From Candidatus Multivoradales bacterium (GTDB taxonomy: Bacteria; Acidobacteriota; Thermoanaerobaculia; Multivoradales; JAHEKO01), in the NCBI GenBank assembly GCA_965223155.1, contig CBDCVR010000015.1, forward strand, positions 1,120,001 to 1,184,000: a stretch of DNA of 64,000 bases. The letters are read 5' to 3'. Numbering within the stretch: the first letter of the stretch is position 1; the number at the start of each line of letters is the position of its first letter. Positions 19,289-29,265 of the stretch are shown piece after piece. The notes below the pieces were generated by a model, which did no database searches, was not told where the DNA came from, and saw only the letters and a program-made list of their open reading frames with translations. The translations under genes and the position numbers were made by a program.

Positions 19289-20539
19289 ATGTCGAAGATC
19301 GATCAAGCGAACCTAGAAGCCGTGTCCCGAATGATCGAGGCGCGTCCGGTGCTCCGCGGCGTGGAGCGGGCGGCGGACGTCCTCCCGGCGCTCTCCGAGC
19401 GGACGTTGCTCCATGCCGGGCCGCCGATCGAGTGGACCCGGATGTCGGGGCCGCTCCGTGGGGCGGTCGTGGGCGCGCTTCTCTTCGAACGCTGGGCGGC
19501 TGATGAGATCTCGGCCGAGCGCATGGCCGCGGCCGGCGAGATTGCCTTCGCGCCCTGCCACCATCACGGCGCCGTGGGGCCGATGGCGGGAGTGACCTCG
19601 CCCTCCATGGCTGTGTACGTGGTCGAGAACGAGACCCACGGCAATGTCGCCTACTCGAATTTGAACGAAGGCTACGGCAAGGTGCTCCGCTACGGAGCCT
19701 TCGCTCCCGAGGTCCTCGACAAGCTGCGCTGGATGAACGAGACCATGGCCCCCGCGCTAGCCGAGGCCCTGCGTGCGGCGGGCGGGATCGACCTGCGCAC
19801 CCTCCTGGCCGAGGCGCTGCACATGGGCGATGAGGGTCACAACCGCAACAAAGCGGGCTCGCTGCTTTTTGCGCGCCTGTTGGCGCCCCATGTGGCCGAG
19901 AGCTCGTCTCCGGGCGAAACCAGGCGCCGGATCCTGGAGTTTCTAGGCGAGAACGCCCTGTCGGTCCTGAACCCGGTGATGGCGGCGTGCAAGGCCGCGG
20001 CCGACGCCGCCCAAGGCGTCGAGCATTCGACCCTGGTTACGACGATGGCACGCAATGGCACCGACTTCGGCATCCGGGTGGCGGGCCTGGGCGAGCGCTG
20101 GTTCACGGCGCCGGCGGCGACTCCGGACGGACTCTATTTTTCGGGCTTCAGCGCGGCCGATGCCAACCCCGACATCGGGGACTCCACCATCACGGAGACC
20201 GCCGGCCTGGGCGCATTTGCCATGGCCGCGGCGCCGGCGATCGTGTCGTTCGTATCGGGCAAGCCCAAAGACGCTCTCGAGGCGACGCTCGAGATGTACG
20301 AGATCTGCTCGGCCGAGCACCGGCACTTCACGATACCGGCCCTCGACTTCCGCGGCACTCCGGTGGGGATCGATCTGCGCCGGGTGGTCGAGCTGGGGAT
20401 CACGCCGCGGGTCAACACCGGCATCGCCCACAAGGATGCCGGCGTGGGCCAGGTCGGAGCCGGCCTGGTGCGTCCGCCGCTTGCCATCTTCGAAGAGGCG
20501 CTCACCGCGTTCGCCGAGGTCTACGGCTACGACGGCTAG
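19289..20539 (+). CDS. DUF1116 (YlbE/YahG, AllG-like) protein
   Basis: LLHAGPPI, VGPMAG, NEGYGKVLRYGA, MGDEGHNRN, MARNG, PDIGDS, NTGIAHK..GVGQVGAG. Confidence 0.9.
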   Translation: MSKIDQANLEAVSRMIEARPVLRGVERAADVLPALSERTLLHAGPPIEWTRMSGPLRGAVVGALLFERWAADEISAERMAAAGEIAFAPCHHHGAVGPMAGVTSPSMAVYVVENETHGNVAYSNLNEGYGKVLRYGAFAPEVLDKLRWMNETMAPALAEALRAAGGIDLRTLLAEALHMGDEGHNRNKAGSLLFARLLAPHVAESSSPGETRRRILEFLGENALSVLNPVMAACKAAADAAQGVEHSTLVTTMARNGTDFGIRVAGLGERWFTAPAATPDGLYFSGFSAADANPDIGDSTITETAGLGAFAMAAAPAIVSFVSGKPKDALEATLEMYEICSAEHRHFTIPALDFRGTPVGIDLRRVVELGITPRVNTGIAHKDAGVGQVGAGLVRPPLAIFEEALTAFAEVYGYDG

Positions 20540-20549
20540 CGGACTCGTT

Positions 20550-20578
20550 GGTAGTGGGTCAGTTTGAGACCCACTACC
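20550..20578. repeat. Perfect 11-bp inverted repeat containing site copy 1 (GGTAGTGGGTCAGTTTGA)
   Basis: GGTAGTGGGTC-AGTTTGA-GACCCACTACC read directly; the 18-mer recurs at 21453-21470. Confidence 0.85.
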
Positions 20579-20579
20579 T

Positions 20580-20621
20580 TTGACAAACTCATCTTGATTT
20601 CGGTTTGCTTCTTTCAAGATG
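20580..20621 (+). promoter_or_regulatory. hicAB promoter/operator candidate
   Basis: TTGACA at 20580-20585; 8-bp inverted repeat CATCTTGA-N16-TCAAGATG overlapping the start codon. No clear -10 box or RBS. Confidence 0.55.
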
Positions 20622-20870
20622 AGCAGACGGAAAAAGACACTGGACAAGGTTCTCAACGCCGCACAGGAAAACTCGATTCGCTTCTCGGACCTCCGCTCGC
20701 TTCTCGAAGCCCTGGGCTTCACTGAGACCATCAAGGGAAGCCACCACGTCTTTCGCAAGCCCGGAGTCGCGGCAAAGATCAACCTTCAGCCTCAGAGCGG
20801 CAAGGCGAAGGGCTACCAAGTGCGGCAAGTCCGCAAAGCCATCATCGACTACAATTTGGACAAGGAGTAG
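20619..20870 (+). CDS. hicA: HicA family toxin
   Basis: IRFSDLRSLLEALGF, KGSHHVF, INLQP..GKAKGYQVRQV. Confidence 0.92.
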   Translation: MSRRKKTLDKVLNAAQENSIRFSDLRSLLEALGFTETIKGSHHVFRKPGVAAKINLQPQSGKAKGYQVRQVRKAIIDYNLDKE

Positions 20871-20875
20871 ACGTC

Positions 20876-21106
20876 ATGCCCGCACCTCAATACCCGGTCC
20901 TCCTCTATTGGGACCAAGCCGACCAAGTGTTCGTCGTCGAAGTTCCGGACCTCCCCGGGTGTGCTGCCCATGGCGCGACCGAGGAAGATGCCCTCGAGCA
21001 GGCTGCTGGCGCCATGGCGGCCTGGATCGCAGTCGCACAAGAGAGCGGGGACTCGATCCCCGAGCCTTCGTTTCGCCGACTCCTCAAACTCTCCCCGGCC
21101 GCGTGA
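20876..21106 (+). CDS. hicB: HicB family antitoxin (short form, no DNA-binding domain)
   Basis: FVVEVPDLPGCAAHGATEEDAL..A..AWI..G..IPEP. Confidence 0.92.
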   Translation: MPAPQYPVLLYWDQADQVFVVEVPDLPGCAAHGATEEDALEQAAGAMAAWIAVAQESGDSIPEPSFRRLLKLSPAA

Positions 21107-21292
21107 CCACTCACGGCGGCCGCCGGAAGGGGGCTGGCCGCAAGCCCGAGCTCGAAGAGCCCCAGGGTCGTTGTCGTGAAATTCCCCAAGAGCCTGATTG
21201 CCAGGCTGGACGTTTGGGCTGAGGACCATGCGGGCGGGAACCGCTCGGCGGCGATTCGGGAAGCCGTCAGGCGAGTCGTGGGCTCGCGCTAG
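21103..21292 (+). pseudogene. Frameshifted ribbon-helix-helix (CopG-like) DNA-binding protein
   Basis: GTG overlaps the hicB stop; removing one C from the CCCC run at 21160-21163 gives MTTHGGRRKGAGRKPELEEPRVVVVKFPKSLIARLDVWAEDHAGGNRSAAIREAVRRVVGSR*. Confidence 0.7.
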
Positions 21293-21443
21293 CGGCTGCC
21301 ATCACCAGCCGGCGCTCCTCTCGCGTCAGGCCGTGCCAGACGTCGAGGCACTCAGGACCAAGCGGGCGCTTCGCGCCCTCGAAGACGATCGGGACCAGGG
21401 TCGGGGTGGCGCAGGCAGCGCAGGGCCGGCTCTCGCCCCCCAT
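21267..21443 (-). CDS. Short hypothetical ORF or truncated gene fragment with CxxC
   Basis: Manual translation MGGESRPCAACATPTLVPIVFEGAKRPLGPECLDVWHGLTREERRLVMAAASASPRLA*; begins immediately inside the right-hand repeat. Confidence 0.3.
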   Translation of the reverse strand: MGGESRPCAACATPTLVPIVFEGAKRPLGPECLDVWHGLTREERRLVMAAASASPRLA

Positions 21444-21452
21444 CAGCCACCC

Positions 21453-21470
21453 GGTAGTGGATCAGTTTGA
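21453..21470. repeat. Site copy 2 (GGTAGTGGATCAGTTTGA)
   Basis: 17/18 identical to 20550-20567. Confidence 0.85.
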
Positions 21471-21758
21471 ATTCGACAATGCGCCCGGCGGGTTCGTAGA
21501 CTAGTCTCGGCTCAGGACCCAAGCGGCCCCGGACGAGCACGGCAGCTCGGCCAGGGCCTAGACCACGCTGGAGGTGAGTCCATGCGCAGTCCTAGCCGAC
21601 TCGTTGACCGCCTTGACCCGGACCGGATTCGGGTCTAGCCTCGGAACATTGTTGCGAAAAGGATGCTCGTCGGAGCATTCAGCGAGTTTGGCCGCGAGAC
21701 GGTCTCGCGAGCGAGACTCGCTCCGGCGGTCGTCGCGAGCCCCAGAGGAGGAGTGGCT

Positions 21759-22340
21759 ATGAAGAAATGGACGATTCTTGTCGTGTCCGTCGCGCTTGTC
21801 GGACTTGCCTACCAGCCGGCCGCAGCGGCGACCGTCGAGATCAAGGAAGCCAGCAACGCGCACTTCCGGGACGGCGCTAAGCCGCCCAAGAAGCAGGAAG
21901 TCACTCAGGTCATCGAGCTTGATTCGAGCCACGACTGGGAGCTGTGTGTCTTCGGCAACAACAGCCAGGGCAAGAAGAGCAAGTTCAACGTCACGTTGAC
22001 GGCCTATGGAGCCCTGGCCAACGGCCCGATCGCGCCGCAAGGGATGATCGGAGAGGTGAAGGGCGTCGTCAAGCTCGAGAAGGACGGCGGCACTGCGTTC
22101 GGGCTGGCCTGTGCCACGCTGAGCGTGGCCAACTCGCTCGACTATGCGATCGCCAAGATCCAGATCCTGGCCAAGACCAGCCGGAACATCAAGAACGGCG
22201 AAGTGGCGACCTGGGGTCTTCTCTCCTTGCCGGCGGCGACGGCACAGTCGATCGGCGGCACGGACCGAAGCAGCCTGCGCTGGACGGATCGGTCGCGTCT
22301 GGGCCGGGATCAGCTCCGCGCGGCCGTTCTGGATGAATAG
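21759..22340 (+). CDS. Secreted hypothetical protein
   Basis: GAGGAGG RBS; signal peptide MKKWTILVVSVALVGLAYQPAAA; beta-rich, two Cys; family not recognised. Confidence 0.75.
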   Translation: MKKWTILVVSVALVGLAYQPAAAATVEIKEASNAHFRDGAKPPKKQEVTQVIELDSSHDWELCVFGNNSQGKKSKFNVTLTAYGALANGPIAPQGMIGEVKGVVKLEKDGGTAFGLACATLSVANSLDYAIAKIQILAKTSRNIKNGEVATWGLLSLPAATAQSIGGTDRSSLRWTDRSRLGRDQLRAAVLDE

Positions 22341-22608
22341 CTCGAGCTAAGGGCGCGACGCGACCCCGGTTTCGACCGGGGGGAGTGCCGGTCGCGGGGC
22401 CGACCCTTGGGTTCGGCCCAAGGTGGGAGACCCGGCCGGATGCCGGACTGGCCTCTTGACCTGGCGAAGGCGAAGCCTACCTAGGCCGGCGGATTCGCGT
22501 CCGGTCCGGATTACGGGGCGATCCGGATTCTGCATGCGGCCGGTATGATCGGCTCTTCACCCCCCGGCGCCCGCCTTCGGTGGCGGATGCCGTCCCTTGG
22601 GAGAGACC

Positions 22609-24291
22609 ATGCCGGATTCCCTTAGCCTCCTTTCGTCCGCCCGTTGGTACGACCTGACCCAGCCGCTGTCGATCTTCACGCCGCCGGTGCCGGGGGAGAT
22701 GCCGCTGCAGGTTCACTTCTTCAAGCGGCTGACCGGATCCTGGGGTGGCGGCCAGGGCGCCAACGGCCAGTTGATCGAATGGTCCAACAACACGGGCACC
22801 CATCTGGTCGGCCCGCGAGCTTTCCACTCCGGGGCCGAGGCGATCGCGGATCTGCCCCTCGAGCGACTGTGCGGCCCCGGCGTGGTCGTGGACGTGTCGG
22901 ACGCGGTCGAGGACTACGGCTTCTATACGCCCGAGATGATCGAGGACCGGGCCGAGGTTCGGGAAGGCGACGTTCTCGTCATCCACACGGGCTATCACCG
23001 CTACGCCTACGATCAGCCCGACGTCGAGAATCCGGATGCCCAGGGCGGCATCGAGAACAAGGAGTTCGGCTACTACGTTCGCCACCCCGGACCCTCGCCC
23101 GACTTCTTCCCATGGGCGCTCGACAAGAAGCTCAAGGTGGTCGGCGTCGACTGCGGCTCGGCCGAGCATCCGATGAACACGAACGTGCGCCGTTTGCACG
23201 CGGCCGAGTTCGCCAAGGCCGAGACGCGCGCTCGCGAGACCACCGGCAAGAGCTGGGACGAGCTCTTTCCGCCGGCCGAGTACTACGCCCTGACCCACCG
23301 CACGATGCCCAAGGCCGGGCTCTGCCTGGCAGAGGCTCTGGGCGGCGACCTCGGCCGGTTGCTAGGCGGCCGGCCGGCGCAGCGCGCCTGGTTCTTTGTT
23401 CCGCCGTTGCCCTTCATGGAGGTCGAATCGGCCTGGAGCCGGGTGGCCGCTCTGCGTCCCCCCGAGGGCATGGACGAAGACGAGTTCTTCGAAACCATGG
23501 CCTCGATCGAGATGCTCGACATGACCCTGCCGTTCAGCGTGCAAACGCCGCAGTGGGCCAACTACGAGCCGCTCTCGATCAAGTACACCAAGCGCGTCGG
23601 CGGCCAGGACCTGGGATTGGGCCGCAACAACGCCCACTGCCGGGCCAGCTTCCACCTCGCCACCCACATGGACGGCGAGAAGCACTTCTGGGCCGGCGGC
23701 CGGACCATCGGCGAAGTGCCGTTCGAGTACTGGCACGGCCCGGGAGTGATCGTGGACATCTCGGACGAGGTCAGCGACTCGAGTGTCTACACACCGGCCA
23801 TGATCGAAGACCGGGTCGAGCTGGAGGACGGCGACATCCTGCTACTCAAGACCGGCTGGAGCCGCTTCGGCTGGGCCAGCCCGGATTCGGACGAGTTCCG
23901 CTACATGATCCAGCACCCGGGTCCGTCTCCGGACTTCGCTGACTGGTGCGTCGAGCGCAAGATCAAGTGGCTGGGCATCGACTGCGTGGCGATGGAGCAC
24001 CCGATGAACACCATCCAGAGGTTGTTTCATCCCGGGCAGTTCGCGGTGGCGAACGAAAAGCTCAAGGCGCAGTACGGCAAGGACTGGGACGAGGTCTATC
24101 CGCAAGAGACGTACTACCAGGACATGCATCTCAACCTCTTTCCCAAGGGCATCGTCCACGCCGAGAACCTGGGCGGCGCCATCGCCGACGCGCCCACGGG
24201 CCGCTACTACGTCGCGGCCTTCATCCAGCGGGGCATGGAGCTGGCGTCGTGCTGGGGCCGCTTCGTGGCTTTCCGGGGCGAAGACGCCTAG
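22609..24291 (+). CDS. Tandem (two-domain) cyclase / kynurenine formamidase-like metallo-amidohydrolase
   Basis: Two homologous halves, each with GPGV.VD.S, GD.L...TG, HPGPSPDF, G.DC...EHPMNT; HxxTHxD intact only in the second half (HLATHMD). Confidence 0.85.
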   Translation: MPDSLSLLSSARWYDLTQPLSIFTPPVPGEMPLQVHFFKRLTGSWGGGQGANGQLIEWSNNTGTHLVGPRAFHSGAEAIADLPLERLCGPGVVVDVSDAVEDYGFYTPEMIEDRAEVREGDVLVIHTGYHRYAYDQPDVENPDAQGGIENKEFGYYVRHPGPSPDFFPWALDKKLKVVGVDCGSAEHPMNTNVRRLHAAEFAKAETRARETTGKSWDELFPPAEYYALTHRTMPKAGLCLAEALGGDLGRLLGGRPAQRAWFFVPPLPFMEVESAWSRVAALRPPEGMDEDEFFETMASIEMLDMTLPFSVQTPQWANYEPLSIKYTKRVGGQDLGLGRNNAHCRASFHLATHMDGEKHFWAGGRTIGEVPFEYWHGPGVIVDISDEVSDSSVYTPAMIEDRVELEDGDILLLKTGWSRFGWASPDSDEFRYMIQHPGPSPDFADWCVERKIKWLGIDCVAMEHPMNTIQRLFHPGQFAVANEKLKAQYGKDWDEVYPQETYYQDMHLNLFPKGIVHAENLGGAIADAPTGRYYVAAFIQRGMELASCWGRFVAFRGEDA

Positions 24292-24505
24292 CGGCTAGCA
24301 AAACCGTTCCTCGCTAGCGCCGAAGAATCGGCCCCCCTGGGCGTCGGGCAGGCGATCCCTCAGGGGTCGGCTCGGGCAAGGACGTTTTCTGCGGCACGGG
24401 CCCTCGCCTGCGCTTCGCTCGCGCGACGAGCCCGTGGTCTGCGGTCGGTGGTCTGGGCGCTCGCTCAGAGCCCCCTTCGGGATCGCGCCGGGTGCCGCGC
24501 GCTCC

Positions 24506-24865
24506 CTACGGCAGCTCTTCTTCCGGCAATCCGAAATAGTGCCCGAGCTCGTGGATGACGGTGTCACGAATCTCGCGCAGGAGCTCCCGGCGGGAAGCGC
24601 AGGCCCAGAGCAGGGGCAGCCGGTAGACGACAATTCGGTCCGGCAGGTCCGGGCCGTAGCTCGAAGGGCCGCGTTCAGGCAGGGGCACACCCTGGTAGAG
24701 ACCGAAGAGATCGTCTTCTTCGGGGTCGAGCCCGACCGCGATCAAGTCCTCGGTCGTGGGTTCGTCCTCGACCGTGACCGCGACGTTCTCGATGGCTTCT
24801 GCCAGCTCGCCGGGAAGCGAGTCGAGGGCTTCGACCACCACCGCTTCGAAGTCCTCGGCGCTCAT
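24506..24865 (-). CDS. Minimal zincin-like metallopeptidase (DUF1025)
   Basis: FEAVVVEALDSLP, LFGLYQGVP, PDRIVVYR, TVIHELGHYFG. Confidence 0.88.
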   Translation of the reverse strand: MSAEDFEAVVVEALDSLPGELAEAIENVAVTVEDEPTTEDLIAVGLDPEEDDLFGLYQGVPLPERGPSSYGPDLPDRIVVYRLPLLWACASRRELLREIRDTVIHELGHYFGLPEEELP

Positions 24866-25009
24866 CCGCAAGGTGCGCGACCGTTGCATCGGTGACACGA
24901 TACGTTATGTTGGCGAGGGGCGGGAGAGGCGTGGTTTTTGACGACAGTTCGTCGCGGCTGGCGGGAACCCCACCGAAGAGCGGCGCTTGCACCGAAAAGG
25001 AGAGTTGCG

Positions 25010-26716
<1,707 letters not shown>

Positions 26717-26901
26717 CGGGCGAGAACGCGCGGCGAATCGCCCCGCCCGCGCTCCTCACTGGATTCTGGCCGCAGGCTGCTGAGGCTGGCGGAGGGAACC
26801 GGTATCATCATTGGGAATCAGCGAGCCGGCCGGTTCGGGTCTTGGTCGAGCCTGGGTCCGGTCCGGTCCGAGTCCGATTTCCCGACGAGCGATCCAAGAA
26901 C

Positions 26902-29265
26902 ATGAGTCCCAAGGTCTTCGGAGAACGCGTCACTCGGAACGAGGATCGCCGCCTGTTGACCGGCAAGGCGCTCTTCGTGGATGACGTGGCCTTGCCGGAG
27001 ATGCTGCACGTGGCGTTCGTGCGCAGTCCCTTCGCCCATGCGCGCCTGCGCTCGATCGACGTCTCGGCCGCGCTCGATCGTCCCGGGGTGGTGGCGGTCT
27101 ATGACGCTTCGGACCTCGGCGACTACTGGCGTCCGGGACCGCTTCTGGTGCCGCCGCCGCCGATCGAGGGAGTGGTTTTTCACGAGCGCACCCAGGTTCC
27201 GCTGGCCAAGGACAAGGTTCGCTACGTGGGCGAGCCGGTGGTCATGATCGTGGCCGAGAGCCGGTATCTGGCCGAGGACGCCGCCGCCGAGATCTTTGTC
27301 GACTACGATCCCCTGCCGGCGGTCGTGGACCTCGAGGGCGCTCTGGCACCCGAGGCGACCCTGGTTCACGACGACCTGGAATCGAATGCCGCCGCGCACG
27401 TCGCTCAGCACAAGGGGGACTACGAGGCGGCGAGAGCCGAGGCCGACGTTGTCGTGCGCCGGAGGCTCACCTACGACCGAGGCACCGCGGCGGCGATGGA
27501 GAACCGCGGCGTGGTGGCCGAGTGGGACGACCGGACCCAGCGCATGACGGTGTGGGATACGACCCAGGCGCCGATTCCGATTCGCAACGGCCTGGCTTCG
27601 ATGCTGGGTCTGTCCGAGGGGCAGGTGCGGGTAATCGCGCCCTTTATCGGCGGCGGCTTCGGGCCCAAGATCATGATGTTCTACCCCGAGGAAGTCCTGG
27701 TGCCGTGGGCGGCGCGCGCCCTGGGCCGCCCGGTCAAGTGGATCGAGGACCGGGAGGAGAACTTCGTCGCCACGACCCAGGAGCGCGGCCAGGTTCATGA
27801 CGCCGAGCTGGCCGTCACCCGGGACGGCCGCATCCTGGGCGTGAAAGACGTCTTCTTGCACGACACCGGCGCCTACGATCCGTACGGGCTGACGGTGCCG
27901 ATCAACAGTCAGTGCACGCTCCTGGGCTGCTACCGGGTGCCCAACTACGCAAGCGAGTTCACGGTCGTCTTCACCAACAAGCCGATCGTGAGCCCTTACC
28001 GCGGCGCGGGCCGCCAGCACGGCGTCTTCGTCATGGAACGCCTTTTGGACGCGGCCGCCGCCGAGCTCGGCCTCGACCGGGCCGAGATCCGGCGGCGCAA
28101 CTTCCTGGGCCCCGAAGACTTCCCGCACGATCACGAGATCATCTATCAAGACTTCGCGCCCCTGGTCTACGACAGCGGCGACTACGAGCCGTTGCTGGAC
28201 CGAGCTCTCGAACGCATCGGGTACGAGTCGTTCCTGCGCGACGAGCAGCCGGCGGCGCGCGCCGCCGGCCGGCATCTGGGCATCGGTGTCGTGACCTACG
28301 TCGAGGGCACCGGCATCGGGCCCTACGAGGGCGCCCGGGTCCAGGTCCAGGCCTCGGGCAAGGTCTCGGTCGTGACCGGTGTGGGTACCCAGGGCCAGGG
28401 CCACATGACCTCTTTCGCCCAAGTCGCCGCCGAGCAGCTCGGAGTCGCCGTGGCCGACGTCGAGGTGGTGACCGGAGACACCGACCTCTTCCACTGGGGG
28501 GCCGGCACCTTCGCCTCCCGGGGCGCGGTGGTGGCCGGCAATGCCATCCATGCCGCCGCCGCCAAGGTGCGGGCCAAGATCCTGGAGCTCGCCGCGAGCG
28601 AGCTCGGTGTCGTGATCGACGATCTGGAGCTTGGAGGGGGACGCGTCTGCCTGCGGGAGAATCCGGAGCGCGGCTTCGACCTGGGCGAGCTCGCCCTCCT
28701 CGCCAATCCGATGCGCGGCGCCGTGGCGCCGGGCACCGAGCCGGGGCTCGAGGCCACCGACTACTTCGGCCCCGAGCGTGGCGCGACCGCGGCCGGCGTT
28801 CACGCCATGATTCTGGAGGTCGATCCAGAGACCTTCGAAGTCCGGATCCTCAGGTACGTGGTCGAGCACGACTGTGGCGAGGTGATCAACCCGTTGATCC
28901 TGGACGGGCAGATCCAGGGCGGCGTCGCCCAGGGCATCGGTGACGCCTTCTACGAGCAGCTCGTTTTCAGCGAAGACGGGCAGATCCTGAACGCGTCCTT
29001 CATGGACTACCTGGTGCCGACCTCGCTCGACGTGCCCCGGATCGAGGGCGGGCACCGGACGACCCCTTCGCCGCTTAATCCGTTGGGAGTCAAGGGCGCG
29101 GGCGAGGCTGGCGCCATCCCGGTCGGTCCGCTGTTCGCCCAGGCGCTCGAAGACGCTCTGCCTGGCATCGAAGTTCTCGACATTCCGGTCAGCCCCAACC
29201 GGCTTTGGGAGCTAAGAGCCGAAGCAGACGCCGACGCCAGAGCCGCGGCGCCCGCGGCCTCGTGA
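26902..29265 (+). CDS. Molybdopterin-binding large subunit, CoxL form II-like / xanthine dehydrogenase family
   Basis: EDRRLLTG, GGGFGPK, active-site loop PYRGAGR, QGQGHMT, FASRG, GQIQGG, KGAGEAG. Confidence 0.92.
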   Translation: MSPKVFGERVTRNEDRRLLTGKALFVDDVALPEMLHVAFVRSPFAHARLRSIDVSAALDRPGVVAVYDASDLGDYWRPGPLLVPPPPIEGVVFHERTQVPLAKDKVRYVGEPVVMIVAESRYLAEDAAAEIFVDYDPLPAVVDLEGALAPEATLVHDDLESNAAAHVAQHKGDYEAARAEADVVVRRRLTYDRGTAAAMENRGVVAEWDDRTQRMTVWDTTQAPIPIRNGLASMLGLSEGQVRVIAPFIGGGFGPKIMMFYPEEVLVPWAARALGRPVKWIEDREENFVATTQERGQVHDAELAVTRDGRILGVKDVFLHDTGAYDPYGLTVPINSQCTLLGCYRVPNYASEFTVVFTNKPIVSPYRGAGRQHGVFVMERLLDAAAAELGLDRAEIRRRNFLGPEDFPHDHEIIYQDFAPLVYDSGDYEPLLDRALERIGYESFLRDEQPAARAAGRHLGIGVVTYVEGTGIGPYEGARVQVQASGKVSVVTGVGTQGQGHMTSFAQVAAEQLGVAVADVEVVTGDTDLFHWGAGTFASRGAVVAGNAIHAAAAKVRAKILELAASELGVVIDDLELGGGRVCLRENPERGFDLGELALLANPMRGAVAPGTEPGLEATDYFGPERGATAAGVHAMILEVDPETFEVRILRYVVEHDCGEVINPLILDGQIQGGVAQGIGDAFYEQLVFSEDGQILNASFMDYLVPTSLDVPRIEGGHRTTPSPLNPLGVKGAGEAGAIPVGPLFAQALEDALPGIEVLDIPVSPNRLWELRAEADADARAAAPAAS

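Noticed and set aside
20550-20582. Simple terminator of the DUF1116 operon
   Set aside because: The hairpin plus TTT may terminate transcription, but this does not explain the second 18-bp copy including the loop; not accepted as the sole explanation.
20550-21470. CRISPR repeats, attC or dif site
   Set aside because: Only two full copies 0.9 kb apart; no spacers or cas genes; no attC RYYYAAC/GTTRRRY cores or XerC/D consensus.
26902-29265. True aerobic CO dehydrogenase
   Set aside because: Lacks the form I AYxCSFR loop; the context (NCS2, amidase, FdrA) points to heterocycle substrates.
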